64,000 nt of DNA from positions 32,001-96,000 of the forward strand of contig CBEUCH010000002.1 of NCBI GenBank assembly GCA_965541585.1, in the 5' to 3' direction. The position numbers were made by a program, and so were the translations under genes. Shown in pieces: positions 1 through 10,217 of the stretch (position 1 is the first letter of the stretch; the number at the start of each line of letters is the position of its first letter). This stretch comes from an uncultured bacterium (GTDB lineage: Bacteria > Zixibacteria > MSB-5A5 > UBA10806). Below the pieces are notes generated by a model, which was not told the DNA's origin, ran no database searches, and worked only from the letters and a program-made list of their open reading frames with translations.

Positions 1-439
1 AAGAGACGAAGCCAAACGTCGCGATGGTTACGGCATATGCGGCAAACGGCAATGCTGTTCGAATTGGCTGAGCGATTTTTCCACTATTACGACACAGATG
101 GCACGCCGTCAGAATCTGGCGCTGAATCCCCAGAAACTTTCGGGGAATTGCGGGCGCCTCCTGTGCTGTCTAAGATACGAAATGAATTTTTACAATAATG
201 CCATGCCGGAATATCCGCCGGTTGGAGTGCGCTGCTCAACCACGCATGGTGTCGGCATCATCACCAAAATTGATATTTTCAAAGAGGAAATCAATATCCT
301 GCTCGATGATGCCGGGGAGATAAAGATGAATCTGGGAGAATTGAAGCGGGCCAGGAATCGGGGCAATTTCAAGCTCCTGGACGGTTACGCAAGAAGAACG
401 GAACAGACCGATCGCAAGCTGAATGAACTTGAAGGCTAA
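1..439 (+). CDS. PSP1-domain / RicT-like protein, 5' end outside the window
   Basis: Motif 'QNLALNPQKLSGNCGRLLCCLRYE' is typical of the PSP1/RicT C-terminal Cys cluster; it lies upstream of metG. Confidence 0.85.
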   Translation, partial: RDEAKRRDGYGICGKRQCCSNWLSDFSTITTQMARRQNLALNPQKLSGNCGRLLCCLRYEMNFYNNAMPEYPPVGVRCSTTHGVGIITKIDIFKEEINILLDDAGEIKMNLGELKRARNRGNFKLLDGYARRTEQTDRKLNELEG

Positions 440-584
440 TTGAATAGTGAAATTTCACGATATTTATAATATATACATGTCAGAATGCGGTACCCCCCTG
501 TGCAAAGCGAAGCCCCTGATGCGTCGCTCTTAACTGTAATCTACGTTTACATCTGTCAGAATTTCAGGTTGATGCGAGAGGAAA

Positions 585-2507
585 ATGGATAAATTTTACG
601 TTACCACACCCATATATTATGTCAACGACGAGCCGCATATCGGACACGCTTATACGACCATACTGGCCGACGTCATGGCAGGATACCATCGCATTTTCGG
701 CCGGGAGGTATTCTTTCTGACAGGGACAGACGAGCATGGCCAGAAGCTGCAGGATGCAGCAAAGAAAAACGACCGCCAACCGCAGGAATATTGCGATGAA
801 ATGGTCATGCGCTTCAAAAACGTCTGGGAAAAACTCGGTATCAGGAATGACGAGTTTATAAGGACAACCGATTCTCACCATAAGATAATCGTCCAGAAGA
901 TCCTGCAGCAGATCTATGATAAAGGAGAGATTTACTGCGACGATTATGAAGGATGGTATTGCGTCCACGAGGAGCGGTTCTGGACGGAGAAGGACCTTGT
1001 GGACGGCAACTGCCCTGACTGTAACAGGCCTGTCTCGAAAATCACAGAGAAGAACTATTTTTTCAGGATGTCTGAATATCAGGAGTGGCTAATTGATTAC
1101 ATAAAAGGCCACCCTGAGTTTATCCTGCCCGAATTCAGACGCAACGAGGTATTGGGATTTCTGAAGCAACCGCTGGGGGATCTCTGTATTTCCCGACCGA
1201 AATCGAGGCTTTCCTGGGGCATAGAATTACCATTTGATAAAGACTACGTCTGTTACGTCTGGTTCGATGCTCTGATCAATTATATCTCGGCCATCGGCTA
1301 CTTATCCGATGATAAGAAATTCAAGAGATGGTGGCCGGCAATACATTTGATCGGCAAGGATATACTTACCACGCACGCCGTGTACTGGCCGTGTATGCTC
1401 AGGGCCATGGGGGTGGAGCAGCCTGAGACCATATTCGCGCACGGCTGGTGGCTTACAGGCAAGACCAAGATGTCGAAATCGCGGGGCAACGTCATAAAAC
1501 CACTGGAGCTTGCCGACAAATACGGCGTCGATGCCTTCAGGTATTTTTTGATCCGCGAAATGACCCTCGGCCAGGATGCAACCTACACCGAGGAAGCATT
1601 CATAAACAGATATAATTCCGATCTGGCTAACGACCTGGGAAATCTGCTTTCACGTGTTGTCAAGATGATAGTGTCCTACTGTGATGGGAGAATCCCCGAA
1701 CCGGCCGGCGACTTTCGCGATAACGACCTTTTCAAAAAATGGATTGGAGAGAAAGGCACGCCAGGTTTGGAAACAGAGGCCATGATCCAAATTGAGGATT
1801 ACCGGCTGAACAATGGTGTTGAGAAGACGATGGAATTCGTCAGATTCCTTAACGGTTATATAGAAAGAAACAAACCCTGGGAGCTGGCAAAAAGCGGGCT
1901 TGGAGAAAAGTTGAATACTGTCCTTTATAATAGCTCTGAGGCTCTGCGTAAGATATCCATTTATCTTTCGCCGATTATGCCGGCGAAATGCGCTGAGATC
2001 CAGAAGCAGCTCGGAATATACGAGCCCAAATCAAAGTTCAAGAAGGACTACTGGGGAGGCATCGTACCGGGCACAAAGATTAATCCCGGACAGGCGCTGT
2101 TCCCGCGTTTGCAGAAGATAGGTGATGAATCGAGAGTGAAATCGGATATAAGAGGAACGAAAATGGAGAAGAGAATAGAAAGCGGTACAATCAGCTTTGA
2201 AGAGTTCGGCAAAGTGCAGCTAAAGACCGCCAGGGTGATCGCCGCCGAGAAGGTAGAGGGCGCCGATAAGCTCTTAAAACTGCAGATCGATCTTGGCGAC
2301 GAAAAAAGGCAGATAGTAGCAGGTATAGCACAGTATTACACAGCCGAGGAAATGGTGGGCATGAACCTGATTGTAGTCTGCAATTTGAAGCCCGCGAAAA
2401 TAAGGGGGATAGAATCTAACGGCATGCTCTTAGCCGCACAATCAGGCAGTGACCTGGTGTTGTTGACTACCGATAAAGATATTTCTCCGGGTGCGGGCGT
2501 AAGCTGA
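585..2507 (+). CDS. metG: Methionyl-tRNA synthetase with C-terminal tRNA-binding OB domain
   Basis: YVNDEPHIGH (HIGH), KMSKS, YVWFDAL, and C-terminal 'NLKPAKIRGIESNGMLL'. Confidence 0.98.
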   Translation: MDKFYVTTPIYYVNDEPHIGHAYTTILADVMAGYHRIFGREVFFLTGTDEHGQKLQDAAKKNDRQPQEYCDEMVMRFKNVWEKLGIRNDEFIRTTDSHHKIIVQKILQQIYDKGEIYCDDYEGWYCVHEERFWTEKDLVDGNCPDCNRPVSKITEKNYFFRMSEYQEWLIDYIKGHPEFILPEFRRNEVLGFLKQPLGDLCISRPKSRLSWGIELPFDKDYVCYVWFDALINYISAIGYLSDDKKFKRWWPAIHLIGKDILTTHAVYWPCMLRAMGVEQPETIFAHGWWLTGKTKMSKSRGNVIKPLELADKYGVDAFRYFLIREMTLGQDATYTEEAFINRYNSDLANDLGNLLSRVVKMIVSYCDGRIPEPAGDFRDNDLFKKWIGEKGTPGLETEAMIQIEDYRLNNGVEKTMEFVRFLNGYIERNKPWELAKSGLGEKLNTVLYNSSEALRKISIYLSPIMPAKCAEIQKQLGIYEPKSKFKKDYWGGIVPGTKINPGQALFPRLQKIGDESRVKSDIRGTKMEKRIESGTISFEEFGKVQLKTARVIAAEKVEGADKLLKLQIDLGDEKRQIVAGIAQYYTAEEMVGMNLIVVCNLKPAKIRGIESNGMLLAAQSGSDLVLLTTDKDISPGAGVS

Positions 2508-2634
2508 ATCGTCCGGCAGTCCATGCTTTTCTCACGGGTTCTCGGTTAACGACCGGCGTTCCTTATAGATTATAATCACATATAAGATCGGCCAGCGCTT
2601 TCGTTTGATTGAGCCTTCCACAGTTGCCGACATC

Positions 2635-2682
2635 AAAAAAGGCCCTCATCCGGGGAGAGCGTTATCTCCCTGATGAAGGCCC
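2635..2682 (-). terminator. Rho-independent terminator of the large repeat-protein gene
   Basis: Minus strand reads GGGCCTTCATCAGGGAGA-loop-TCTCCCCGGATGAGGGCC followed by TTTTTT. Confidence 0.7.
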
Positions 2683-2716
2683 GCAGAGAGGACGATTCGG
2701 ATTATCTCAAATGCTG

Positions 2717-5455
2717 CTATTTTCCGATAGTATTAGCTTTCTTGTGGTCGATGGTTTGATGGTGCTGTCTTCCGCCGGGAAGAAAGAGCCATCCGCCGGT
2801 TGGAGGGCAGCAATAGCAGAACCCTAGCTCCTCAAGATCTCCTCTGTAATAGGCTATCAGGAAGACAACATCGATCAATGTATATATAGTGCAATCGCCA
2901 TCGACGTCGGCAGCGCCGTAAAGCGGGTAGGTCGCGATTTCCGGACGGCAATCGCAGGTATCCGGTACGGCTCCGCCGAATCGGTATAGGTTTGTCAGAA
3001 GCGTCACATCAAGGAGATCGATCAATTGGTCGCTATTGAGATCGCCGGGCGTGAATACGCAGCATCCCACGGTTATGTCGATTTCGCAGGTATCGGCGGC
3101 ATCGCAGGAATCGATAAGGACGATCGTAATGGTGTTAATTCCCCAATCCGGCATAAAACAGAGTTCGCCTTCGACCATATTCCCGCCGGTAACATCGATA
3201 GCGACTATATTGTCATCCGGGTCCGTAAATTCGAAACCGGGAATGCAGATCTCTTCGAGTTCGCGTATAACCACCGTGGTATTGCTCAAACATGTTATCG
3301 TCGGCGGGCTATTAACAACGGCTGTAATCCAGACCGTGCAGGAGGCTTCCAAATTGCAATCATCTACAACAGTCAACGTAATCTCGTTTTCGCCTTCAAC
3401 CGGGATAAAGCAAAGAGTCTCGCCATCCAGCGTGCCCTGGCTTACTTCGACGGAAATCAACTCACCGTCGGGGTCGCTATAGATGAATCCATCGATACAG
3501 ACTTCGTCGCCGAGATTGCAGAGGATCACCGTCCTGTCTTCGGGGCAGATCGCTATCGGCGCAAGGGTGCCTTCGATAGTAATAATCTGCTCGCACTCGT
3601 CAAAATTGCCGCAATCATCGGTAGCTCTCCAGGTGCGGGTGATGATATTTCCAACCGGATTGTCCGAAAAAGTGATGGATATATCGGTATCGCAGTTGTC
3701 GGTCGCCGTTGCCGTTCCGGTGAAAGGCGGATCGGTGGGATCGGTGCAATGTATGGGGATATCAGCCGGGCAGGTGATCACCGGTGAAGTGTCATCGTCG
3801 ATGATGATGGTTTGAACGCAATCATTGAAATTGCCGCTGGCATCGGTAGCCCGGTAGGTGCGCGTGATGATCTCCGGGCAGGTGTTGCCGTCGGAGGCGT
3901 CGCCGACATGAGTAACCACAGGGGCAGGATCACAATCGTCGATTGCGATCACGAGGTCGATATCAGGGGGAGGGAGATCGGCCAGACATTGGATTGACAG
4001 GTCGACTATATCGTCGGGGCAGGTTATTGACGGAGGCGTAGTGTCCTCGAGGGTAATGATCTGGTCACATTCGGAGCTGACATCACAAAGATCGGTCGCC
4101 TTCCACGTGCGCGTAATGATATTGCCATCCTGGACATCGGAATAGGTTATTGCCGGAGATGGATCATTATCATCCGTTGCGGTTGCATATCCGGTGTTTG
4201 CCGGGTCGATCGATCCAGCACAGTCAATCGGAATATCGGGAGGGCAGGTGATTTCAGGCGGACTGTTGAGATTTACGGTGACCTGCGTAACGGCGGTGTC
4301 GGCTGCCCCGCAAGCATCGGTGCAAATCATGGTTATCGTGTTGACTCCCTCCACTGGAGTGAAGCAGACGGTATCGGCGGTCAGTGTTCCTATAGAAACT
4401 ACGACGGTGAGAAGGTTGCCGTCGGGGTCACTGTAGAAAAATCCCGGCAGACAGATTTCGCCAAAGTCGCAGACAATCATGGTGATGTCGGCGGGGCTGG
4501 TCGCCATAGGGGGATTGTTGAAGGCGCAGGGATCATGGAGACACGATGATGAAAACTGGACGCCGTTTCCTTCATAGACAAAAGTGCCACTGAAACGAGG
4601 CCCGTAATCTTCGCCTAATACCGGCCCGCAAGGATATATCCGGCCCAGCGGTATAGGGCCATCCTTATTATAGGCTTCACCGATACCCTCGATTGGCGTA
4701 AACATCGTTATGTTCGGGTCCCTGGTCGGATCATCGCCCGCCTGCGACTGGTAGGGATCGGTTACCCCTGGGTAGGTATCTTCAAATCCGGGAACATCGC
4801 TTAAACGGATCATTGAAGCCCCCAGGAATATCTGATCAGTATCGAAGGGTTGCGAATGGCCGTTCGACCAGACATTGAAATCTATGGCGCATCCGGTAAT
4901 CATGATCTTCATAAAATCATTGGGATCGCCATCACCCTGTTTCCATTCGCGAGTGCTGACATCCCACCAGATCTCGTATAGGTTTTCAGCCCATTGGTAC
5001 CAGCCCCAGCGATCGTTCTGCTGATAGCAATAGTTGGATGCAGTATCCCCGTATAGCTCAAAGTTGGTTGCGAAGACGTTAACATCGGCCTCGGGCGGGC
5101 TATCCAGGTAGGCCAGGACGCTGCCGTGGAATTGCTCCAGAGAATTACCCTGAGAATATATATGGTTGGCGACATTCCAGGAACTATCGGTGCCGACCCA
5201 AACGTATATGCCCCCGGAATCCGGCGGGGGAAGCGGTATCGGTGGCTCACCCATGAAATATGAAGTATCAACCTGGTTGTAATTGGGTGGCGGTCCCGGC
5301 GGAACATTATCAGGGGGGTAATAAAATGTCCCGAATGGCGGCTGTGCCTTAACGGGACTGAGATTAAAAACACCTATCGACATAAATAAGATCAATCCGA
5401 ACAAGATCGCTTTTTCAGGAGATGTGGATCGTAAGACTCTATAGCAATACGACAT
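2717..5455 (-). CDS. Secreted acidic, Cys-rich repeat protein (HYR/Ig-like repeats) with C-terminal dockerin-like domain
   Basis: Start moved to 5455 (AGGAGAG RBS). Signal-like hydrophobic segment, repeats 'PP.ITCP.D...ITRTW.ATD.CGN', and C-terminal 'PGDLNSDQLIDLLDV...ADVDGDC'. Confidence 0.8.
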   Translation of the reverse strand: MSYCYRVLRSTSPEKAILFGLILFMSIGVFNLSPVKAQPPFGTFYYPPDNVPPGPPPNYNQVDTSYFMGEPPIPLPPPDSGGIYVWVGTDSSWNVANHIYSQGNSLEQFHGSVLAYLDSPPEADVNVFATNFELYGDTASNYCYQQNDRWGWYQWAENLYEIWWDVSTREWKQGDGDPNDFMKIMITGCAIDFNVWSNGHSQPFDTDQIFLGASMIRLSDVPGFEDTYPGVTDPYQSQAGDDPTRDPNITMFTPIEGIGEAYNKDGPIPLGRIYPCGPVLGEDYGPRFSGTFVYEGNGVQFSSSCLHDPCAFNNPPMATSPADITMIVCDFGEICLPGFFYSDPDGNLLTVVVSIGTLTADTVCFTPVEGVNTITMICTDACGAADTAVTQVTVNLNSPPEITCPPDIPIDCAGSIDPANTGYATATDDNDPSPAITYSDVQDGNIITRTWKATDLCDVSSECDQIITLEDTTPPSITCPDDIVDLSIQCLADLPPPDIDLVIAIDDCDPAPVVTHVGDASDGNTCPEIITRTYRATDASGNFNDCVQTIIIDDDTSPVITCPADIPIHCTDPTDPPFTGTATATDNCDTDISITFSDNPVGNIITRTWRATDDCGNFDECEQIITIEGTLAPIAICPEDRTVILCNLGDEVCIDGFIYSDPDGELISVEVSQGTLDGETLCFIPVEGENEITLTVVDDCNLEASCTVWITAVVNSPPTITCLSNTTVVIRELEEICIPGFEFTDPDDNIVAIDVTGGNMVEGELCFMPDWGINTITIVLIDSCDAADTCEIDITVGCCVFTPGDLNSDQLIDLLDVTLLTNLYRFGGAVPDTCDCRPEIATYPLYGAADVDGDCTIYTLIDVVFLIAYYRGDLEELGFCYCCPPTGGWLFLPGGRQHHQTIDHKKANTIGK

Positions 5456-5802
5456 CAATTCTCTCCTTTTCTTGTATTTCTCAGCATAATGCCGTTCTTT
5501 TCTTGCTGTTGATCCCCCTCGGATCGACATGATAATTCTGCCACATGATATTTCCGATGCGCAGGCGCAAGGCTATATTTTCTCGTACTAAATTCCATTC
5601 CCGGCCAATCGTTAGGCTTCGGTCCCTGTTTAATTGTCAGCTAAAGCACGCGTGCTTTTTGCCGCGTTACATATAACTAAGAAGACTTATTAAGAAGATC
5701 ATTGGGGCGTCCGTTCGAGCTTACCTGATTTCCTGGAAACCCCAAGAAATTAAACCCACTTCTCCCTGTCTGCCAACAATATAGAGCTTCTCTTAAAAAG
5801 TG

Positions 5803-5829
5803 TCAAGAAAAATCTGGCACTGCCGAAAC
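5803..5829 (+). promoter_or_regulatory. Possible sigma-28 (FliA)-type promoter
   Basis: TCAAG-N14-GCCGAAAC just upstream of ORF 5838. Confidence 0.4.
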
Positions 5830-5837
5830 CTATAAGG

Positions 5838-6050
5838 ATGATAGTCCAATTCAGTCTGAAGATGAAGGATGCCTGGATAGGCGATGATCTGGTGGATTAC
5901 CTAGAGCTTGAATGGCATGAAAATCTAACCCCCAGCCAACTTGCCGCACGTTTTCATGTCTGGCTCAACGATCAGACCTTTATCGAGCGCCAGATGCCGG
6001 ATCTACGAAACGCGACCTATTGCCAGCTCTTTATAAATCCCCTACAGTGA
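5838..6050 (+). CDS. Hypothetical protein, 70 aa
   Basis: ORF fills the gap between flanking genes and has protein-like composition; no recognisable motif. Confidence 0.55.
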   Translation: MIVQFSLKMKDAWIGDDLVDYLELEWHENLTPSQLAARFHVWLNDQTFIERQMPDLRNATYCQLFINPLQ

Positions 6051-7214
6051 TTCCCTGACTTCAGCTAACGATATACAATCCAATATGTTAATCCCCAGCG
6101 CCCGAAATGTATTTTGCAGGTCGATCAATTCTTTTACATCTAACAAGGCTGCGTCAAATAGGATTATTTTGCGAAATGGAATCTGAGATGATATAAGGTT
6201 TTGCAATAGCGCTGGTTTAATCTCATCGATAGAATTGTCGCGAAAGTCTGCAACAGAATTCATAGTAATCATGGTTAACCCACTGGAATAAGCCAGACTA
6301 TCGATTCCATCAGGAGTGGGGTTATCATAAATATAGGCGGTTTTGGCCTCTCTGGCAAATTCGATAGCTGATCCTACGAATGCCGAGTCGAGACCGTCCG
6401 ATCTCCTGAAGAACATTGCCCCGGGATTGGGATGACGCGCCAATAGAGTTCTGACGAGCTCTCGATGGTTTTTTCCCTGGCGGTCTCGCTTGCTCTTTGA
6501 AGATTGCTTATTGTCCGATGATGCGAGTTCCGGCAGGTTCGATCCATTTGCCGGTAGCTCGATGATGGAGGTTATCCCGGCCTTTTCAAGCATTCTTTTC
6601 ATCCTGCTGGAGGGATAGATGTCGGGCGGAGCGAAATAACTGAAGGTGAAATCCTGATCGAGGATTTCAATCATCTTTTCATTGCTCAAAGCCCCCAGGT
6701 TCCGGAATACGAATGCGATTTCGCGACCGGAAAGTTTCGTCCTTCGATCTGTTTGTATTACGATTTGTGCACCCATAACTCTGCCCGACCCTATGGTGCA
6801 TAGGAGGCGTCCTTCTTTCCCGGATTCGATACAATCACACGTCAGCCCGTTGTCCCGGGATAGTTTTCGCAATCTCTCAACATAAAACTCAAACGGTAGA
6901 TTGTCCGGCCATGGTTGACGGATCCGTCGGATTATGTGACTGCCGTCGGACTCGCCAGGTTGAGTGAGCAGTGAATCTGTATAGGACGAATCACTCAGAT
7001 GAAAGCTTTCGCCGGCCTGGATCGCAAGGGAGTGTGCAAGCGCCTGGATCTCGCCGGGATCATCCGAAAGAAACAAGCCTTCGATCCTCCGCCATTGAGT
7101 ATTACCCACGATCAGGAGCAAGAGCAGAGCAGCCAGACCCAGGGCAATAGGGGCATTCTTATTAGCGGTTAGCCGTCGACGTTCTTTTCTGCTCAGGCGC
7201 TGAAGATTGCTCAT
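6042..7214 (-). CDS. Membrane-anchored protein, possibly a degenerate divergent polysaccharide deacetylase
   Basis: N-terminal TM helix; the C-terminal alpha/beta region has a layout resembling the divergent PDA family but no clear catalytic motifs. Confidence 0.5.
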   Translation of the reverse strand: MSNLQRLSRKERRRLTANKNAPIALGLAALLLLLIVGNTQWRRIEGLFLSDDPGEIQALAHSLAIQAGESFHLSDSSYTDSLLTQPGESDGSHIIRRIRQPWPDNLPFEFYVERLRKLSRDNGLTCDCIESGKEGRLLCTIGSGRVMGAQIVIQTDRRTKLSGREIAFVFRNLGALSNEKMIEILDQDFTFSYFAPPDIYPSSRMKRMLEKAGITSIIELPANGSNLPELASSDNKQSSKSKRDRQGKNHRELVRTLLARHPNPGAMFFRRSDGLDSAFVGSAIEFAREAKTAYIYDNPTPDGIDSLAYSSGLTMITMNSVADFRDNSIDEIKPALLQNLISSQIPFRKIILFDAALLDVKELIDLQNTFRALGINILDCISLAEVRESL

Positions 7215-7216
7215 AT

Positions 7217-7801
7217 CTATCCGGTAAAGGAATGATCTTCCCAGACCACGATGCGCCAGAAACCATCGTTTGATTTGCGGATCTTAAACAAGGCGAGACC
7301 GTTAGCCTCGAATTGCTGATAATTGTAGGCTCCTGTTAAGTCTCTGAGGAACAGATGAAAGGTAACAATCCAGACTTCCCATATCTCGCCGTCGTGAAGG
7401 GACGGATCTTCAGGATCGAGCCTTTGAGGAATCCAGGTATCGAGCCGAATCTCGTTGAAAGCCTCGAAAAGACGCCGTGTCTGGGAGATATCCCCGGATG
7501 TCCCGTCACGGGGCACTTCGATTTCCTCGATCTGGCCCTGCCTGTCCTGGTCGATATAGATGAACATGAAATCGTAATCCAGGCAGTTCTCGTAGACGTC
7601 AATGTCGCGATTCTCGTATGCATAATTAAAATTGGATAACACGGCATAGGCGTTAACCGAATCGGGGCATTCACTGCAGTTTTGCGGAAGAATCGGGGCC
7701 AGCATGCCCGGGCCCACCTCCGGCGGCGCGAAGGGATTGGAGCATGAGAGGATAGCCGCTGTTGCAGCAAGAAACATTGTCCTGATATTCTTCTGGTTCA
7801 C
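7217..7801 (-). CDS. Lipoprotein (NTF2-like?), paralog of 7798-8403
   Basis: Likely GTG start overlapping the upstream TGA; lipobox ILSC followed by SNPF; C-terminal 'WRIVVWED'. Confidence 0.75.
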   Translation of the reverse strand: MNQKNIRTMFLAATAAILSCSNPFAPPEVGPGMLAPILPQNCSECPDSVNAYAVLSNFNYAYENRDIDVYENCLDYDFMFIYIDQDRQGQIEEIEVPRDGTSGDISQTRRLFEAFNEIRLDTWIPQRLDPEDPSLHDGEIWEVWIVTFHLFLRDLTGAYNYQQFEANGLALFKIRKSNDGFWRIVVWEDHSFTG

Positions 7802-8403
7802 CGTCGATACTCCGCCTTTATATCCCCCCAATCGATTTCACCCGACACGGCCGGTATATCCTCCCACAGGTAAATAGTCCACCAGTTGAGCTGCTCCTGA
7901 AAGAGATGGAAAGTGGCCAGTCCCCTGGCGATTACCGTATCGGAGGCTGTAGCCATCAGGACCAGGTTATAGCTTCTATATAATACAGCACTGGTATCCT
8001 CGATAATATCGCTATAATTCTCAGCAGGGGTCAGGGTTAAGAGCAGATTCAGAGTATCATTAGCCGAGTATATAGAGAACAAGTTGTTTGCCGCGCCGAC
8101 CTCCACCTGTTTATCCCAATCGGTAAAAAGATCGCCTCGACCGTCATTCACGGCGTCTATGGAATCCTCCGGCGAGGAGAATAGAAATGAATCGCAGAAA
8201 CAAAGCTGGTAGTTGGATATCACCATTTCGTTGTAGGCGAAAAGAAGATTCTGCACGGTCACTCCCGGAGATTGGGGAGTCTCCCAGGTGCCGGCGGATC
8301 CATAAGGGTCCTGTGTTCCCCTGGTGGAGAATGGATTCTTCGCACAGGCCGCCACCATAATAAGTAAATAAATTGCGCCCGTTTTTAGATGCCGCCGGTT
8401 CAA
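7798..8403 (-). CDS. Lipoprotein (NTF2-like?), paralog of 7217-7801
   Basis: Lipobox VAAC followed by KNPF; C-terminal 'WTIYLWED'. Confidence 0.75.
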   Translation of the reverse strand: MNRRHLKTGAIYLLIMVAACAKNPFSTRGTQDPYGSAGTWETPQSPGVTVQNLLFAYNEMVISNYQLCFCDSFLFSSPEDSIDAVNDGRGDLFTDWDKQVEVGAANNLFSIYSANDTLNLLLTLTPAENYSDIIEDTSAVLYRSYNLVLMATASDTVIARGLATFHLFQEQLNWWTIYLWEDIPAVSGEIDWGDIKAEYRR

Positions 8404-10217
8404 AACATATACTCCATTGAAACCTTTATGTAATCATTGGTCTCCTTGGGGCGATCCATGAATCTTCGCAGTCGATGAGAGAAATCTGCCATTATGTTCT
8501 GCCGGTCGCTCCAGTTGAATATTATCTGGAATTGGAAAAACATCTTAACCTGCTCGTCCTTCAATTCTCTTATCTCGAGGGGAACGGCAAGTTCCTTTGA
8601 AGGATCGACCGAATGATCGTAGTCGCTGGTTTTCTCCCAGAAGAAATATGGCGAAATTCTAATTATTTTTATCGGCTGGTAAAGAATCCTGGTTTCCAGG
8701 CCGTTTCGTCTTCTATCCCAGCTAACCGCCTGCTGCCAGCCGTCGTCCCAGATTAACTGTCCGTAATCTTCGTAACGGTAGAGAAATCCCTGCGTGAACG
8801 TCAACCTCTCTGAAATGATCGCCTTCACCTCCGTGCGCGACGTGGCCCGCCTGAAGATTCTGTTTTTGGTTGCGATTTTCTTCCGGTCGAAATCGAATGT
8901 TATATAATTGGCCTGGATATCGAACGATTGTGTGATAAAAAGCCCGCGGTGCGGAACCCATCTCACTAGTGGAGTTAATATATATGTATCATTTCTGCCG
9001 TTATTTGCGGACCCGACTCCCGAAACATAGATCTGGTGAAAACTGTTGGCGCCGCCGGTTAATTCTGCAGAGAAGTATTCGGTGAAAACGTGGCTGTATC
9101 CGCCATTTACCATAATCGTTTTCTGATCGCGGTCATCGCGATCGGAGCCGGCATTCGGATTGATGTAGGATGTTACACCAAAAACCATATCGGCCGAAAT
9201 AGTGTCTTGAGGTGATAATATTACCTTCCCATGAAGCGATAATTCCCCGGTGTCCGTACGCTGGTCCAGCTCCCGGCCCTGGAAATCCTCATTTGTTTTA
9301 CCCCAGGTATAATCTATAGATAACCGGGCGGCATCCATGATATTTCCAATCAACTTTATTTCATATCCTCCGCCGCGACCATAATTGTCCCTCTGGCTTT
9401 GCGGCGTATCGCTGAATTGACTCTGGCGGTAGAGATATCTGGACAGGTGGGCGTTGCCATCGAAGCTCAAACGAAATTCAGCCGGCAGTGCCACCGAAAG
9501 CGCAAAAACTGCCTGCCTCTCCTGTTTGATCTGCTTGGTTATATCTTCTACCTTGCCGCCCAAGCCGTAATATTTGGTGGTTGCCTCGAGTCCTCTCAGT
9601 GACACCGATAACGTATCCGAATCCGCGAAACTGGCTGACGCATTAAAATCGCCCTTGCCTTCTTGACGCGGGATATTGGAGAGACTGACTTTATTGTAGG
9701 ATAAGCTGGTGCTCAAGTTGATCCCCCTGAATTCGGTGGGGAAGACCCTCCCTTCAATACCATAGCCGAGGCCCTTTTCATCGAGTTGAGTCTCCAATTC
9801 CGATCGCCTCTTGTTATCGGCACGGATCATCGGGCGAAACTCGATAGATCTTGCCGGCCTTAATGAAAATCCCATAGCCAACGCCGATGTTCTTACCCGG
9901 CGTCGGTCGAGGCCGTTGACTGTGTATTCTCCGGAAGATATAAACTTAATCCTGTTCCTGAGAGACACCTCCGAGTTGAAGCCGGCGGTGGCACTCTCCT
10001 GCCAGCGGTCAAAGGAACCCTTGATCAGGTTCGACCGCCCGTCGAAATAAGACCTGATGCTATTCGGCCCTCTGCCGGCAGTATGACTGAAGGAAGTCAA
10101 CCAGTTATATGTATTGTTGTCCCGGTCGAAATCGACCCTGATTCCCGCTCCGGCGATTTGCGGAATACCGGTAGCTGCAATCGTAACAAGGATGACTGTT
10201 ACAATACGTTTATACAT
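8400..10217 (-). CDS. Putative outer-membrane beta-barrel protein
   Basis: Signal peptide, alternating amphipathic strands, C-terminal aromatic signature 'VSMEYMF'. Confidence 0.7.
   Translation of the reverse strand: MYKRIVTVILVTIAATGIPQIAGAGIRVDFDRDNNTYNWLTSFSHTAGRGPNSIRSYFDGRSNLIKGSFDRWQESATAGFNSEVSLRNRIKFISSGEYTVNGLDRRRVRTSALAMGFSLRPARSIEFRPMIRADNKRRSELETQLDEKGLGYGIEGRVFPTEFRGINLSTSLSYNKVSLSNIPRQEGKGDFNASASFADSDTLSVSLRGLEATTKYYGLGGKVEDITKQIKQERQAVFALSVALPAEFRLSFDGNAHLSRYLYRQSQFSDTPQSQRDNYGRGGGYEIKLIGNIMDAARLSIDYTWGKTNEDFQGRELDQRTDTGELSLHGKVILSPQDTISADMVFGVTSYINPNAGSDRDDRDQKTIMVNGGYSHVFTEYFSAELTGGANSFHQIYVSGVGSANNGRNDTYILTPLVRWVPHRGLFITQSFDIQANYITFDFDRKKIATKNRIFRRATSRTEVKAIISERLTFTQGFLYRYEDYGQLIWDDGWQQAVSWDRRRNGLETRILYQPIKIIRISPYFFWEKTSDYDHSVDPSKELAVPLEIRELKDEQVKMFFQFQIIFNWSDRQNIMADFSHRLRRFMDRPKETNDYIKVSMEYMF

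Noticed and set aside
440..584. Possible T-box or leader peptide (18-codon ORF MSECGTPLCKAKPLMRRS) upstream of metG
   Set aside because: No T-box consensus, no clear terminator/antiterminator, and no RBS for the short ORF.
5531..5800. Long leader upstream of the repeat protein, considered as a c-di-GMP riboswitch
   Set aside because: Could not match the conserved aptamer elements by eye; an Infernal search would be needed.
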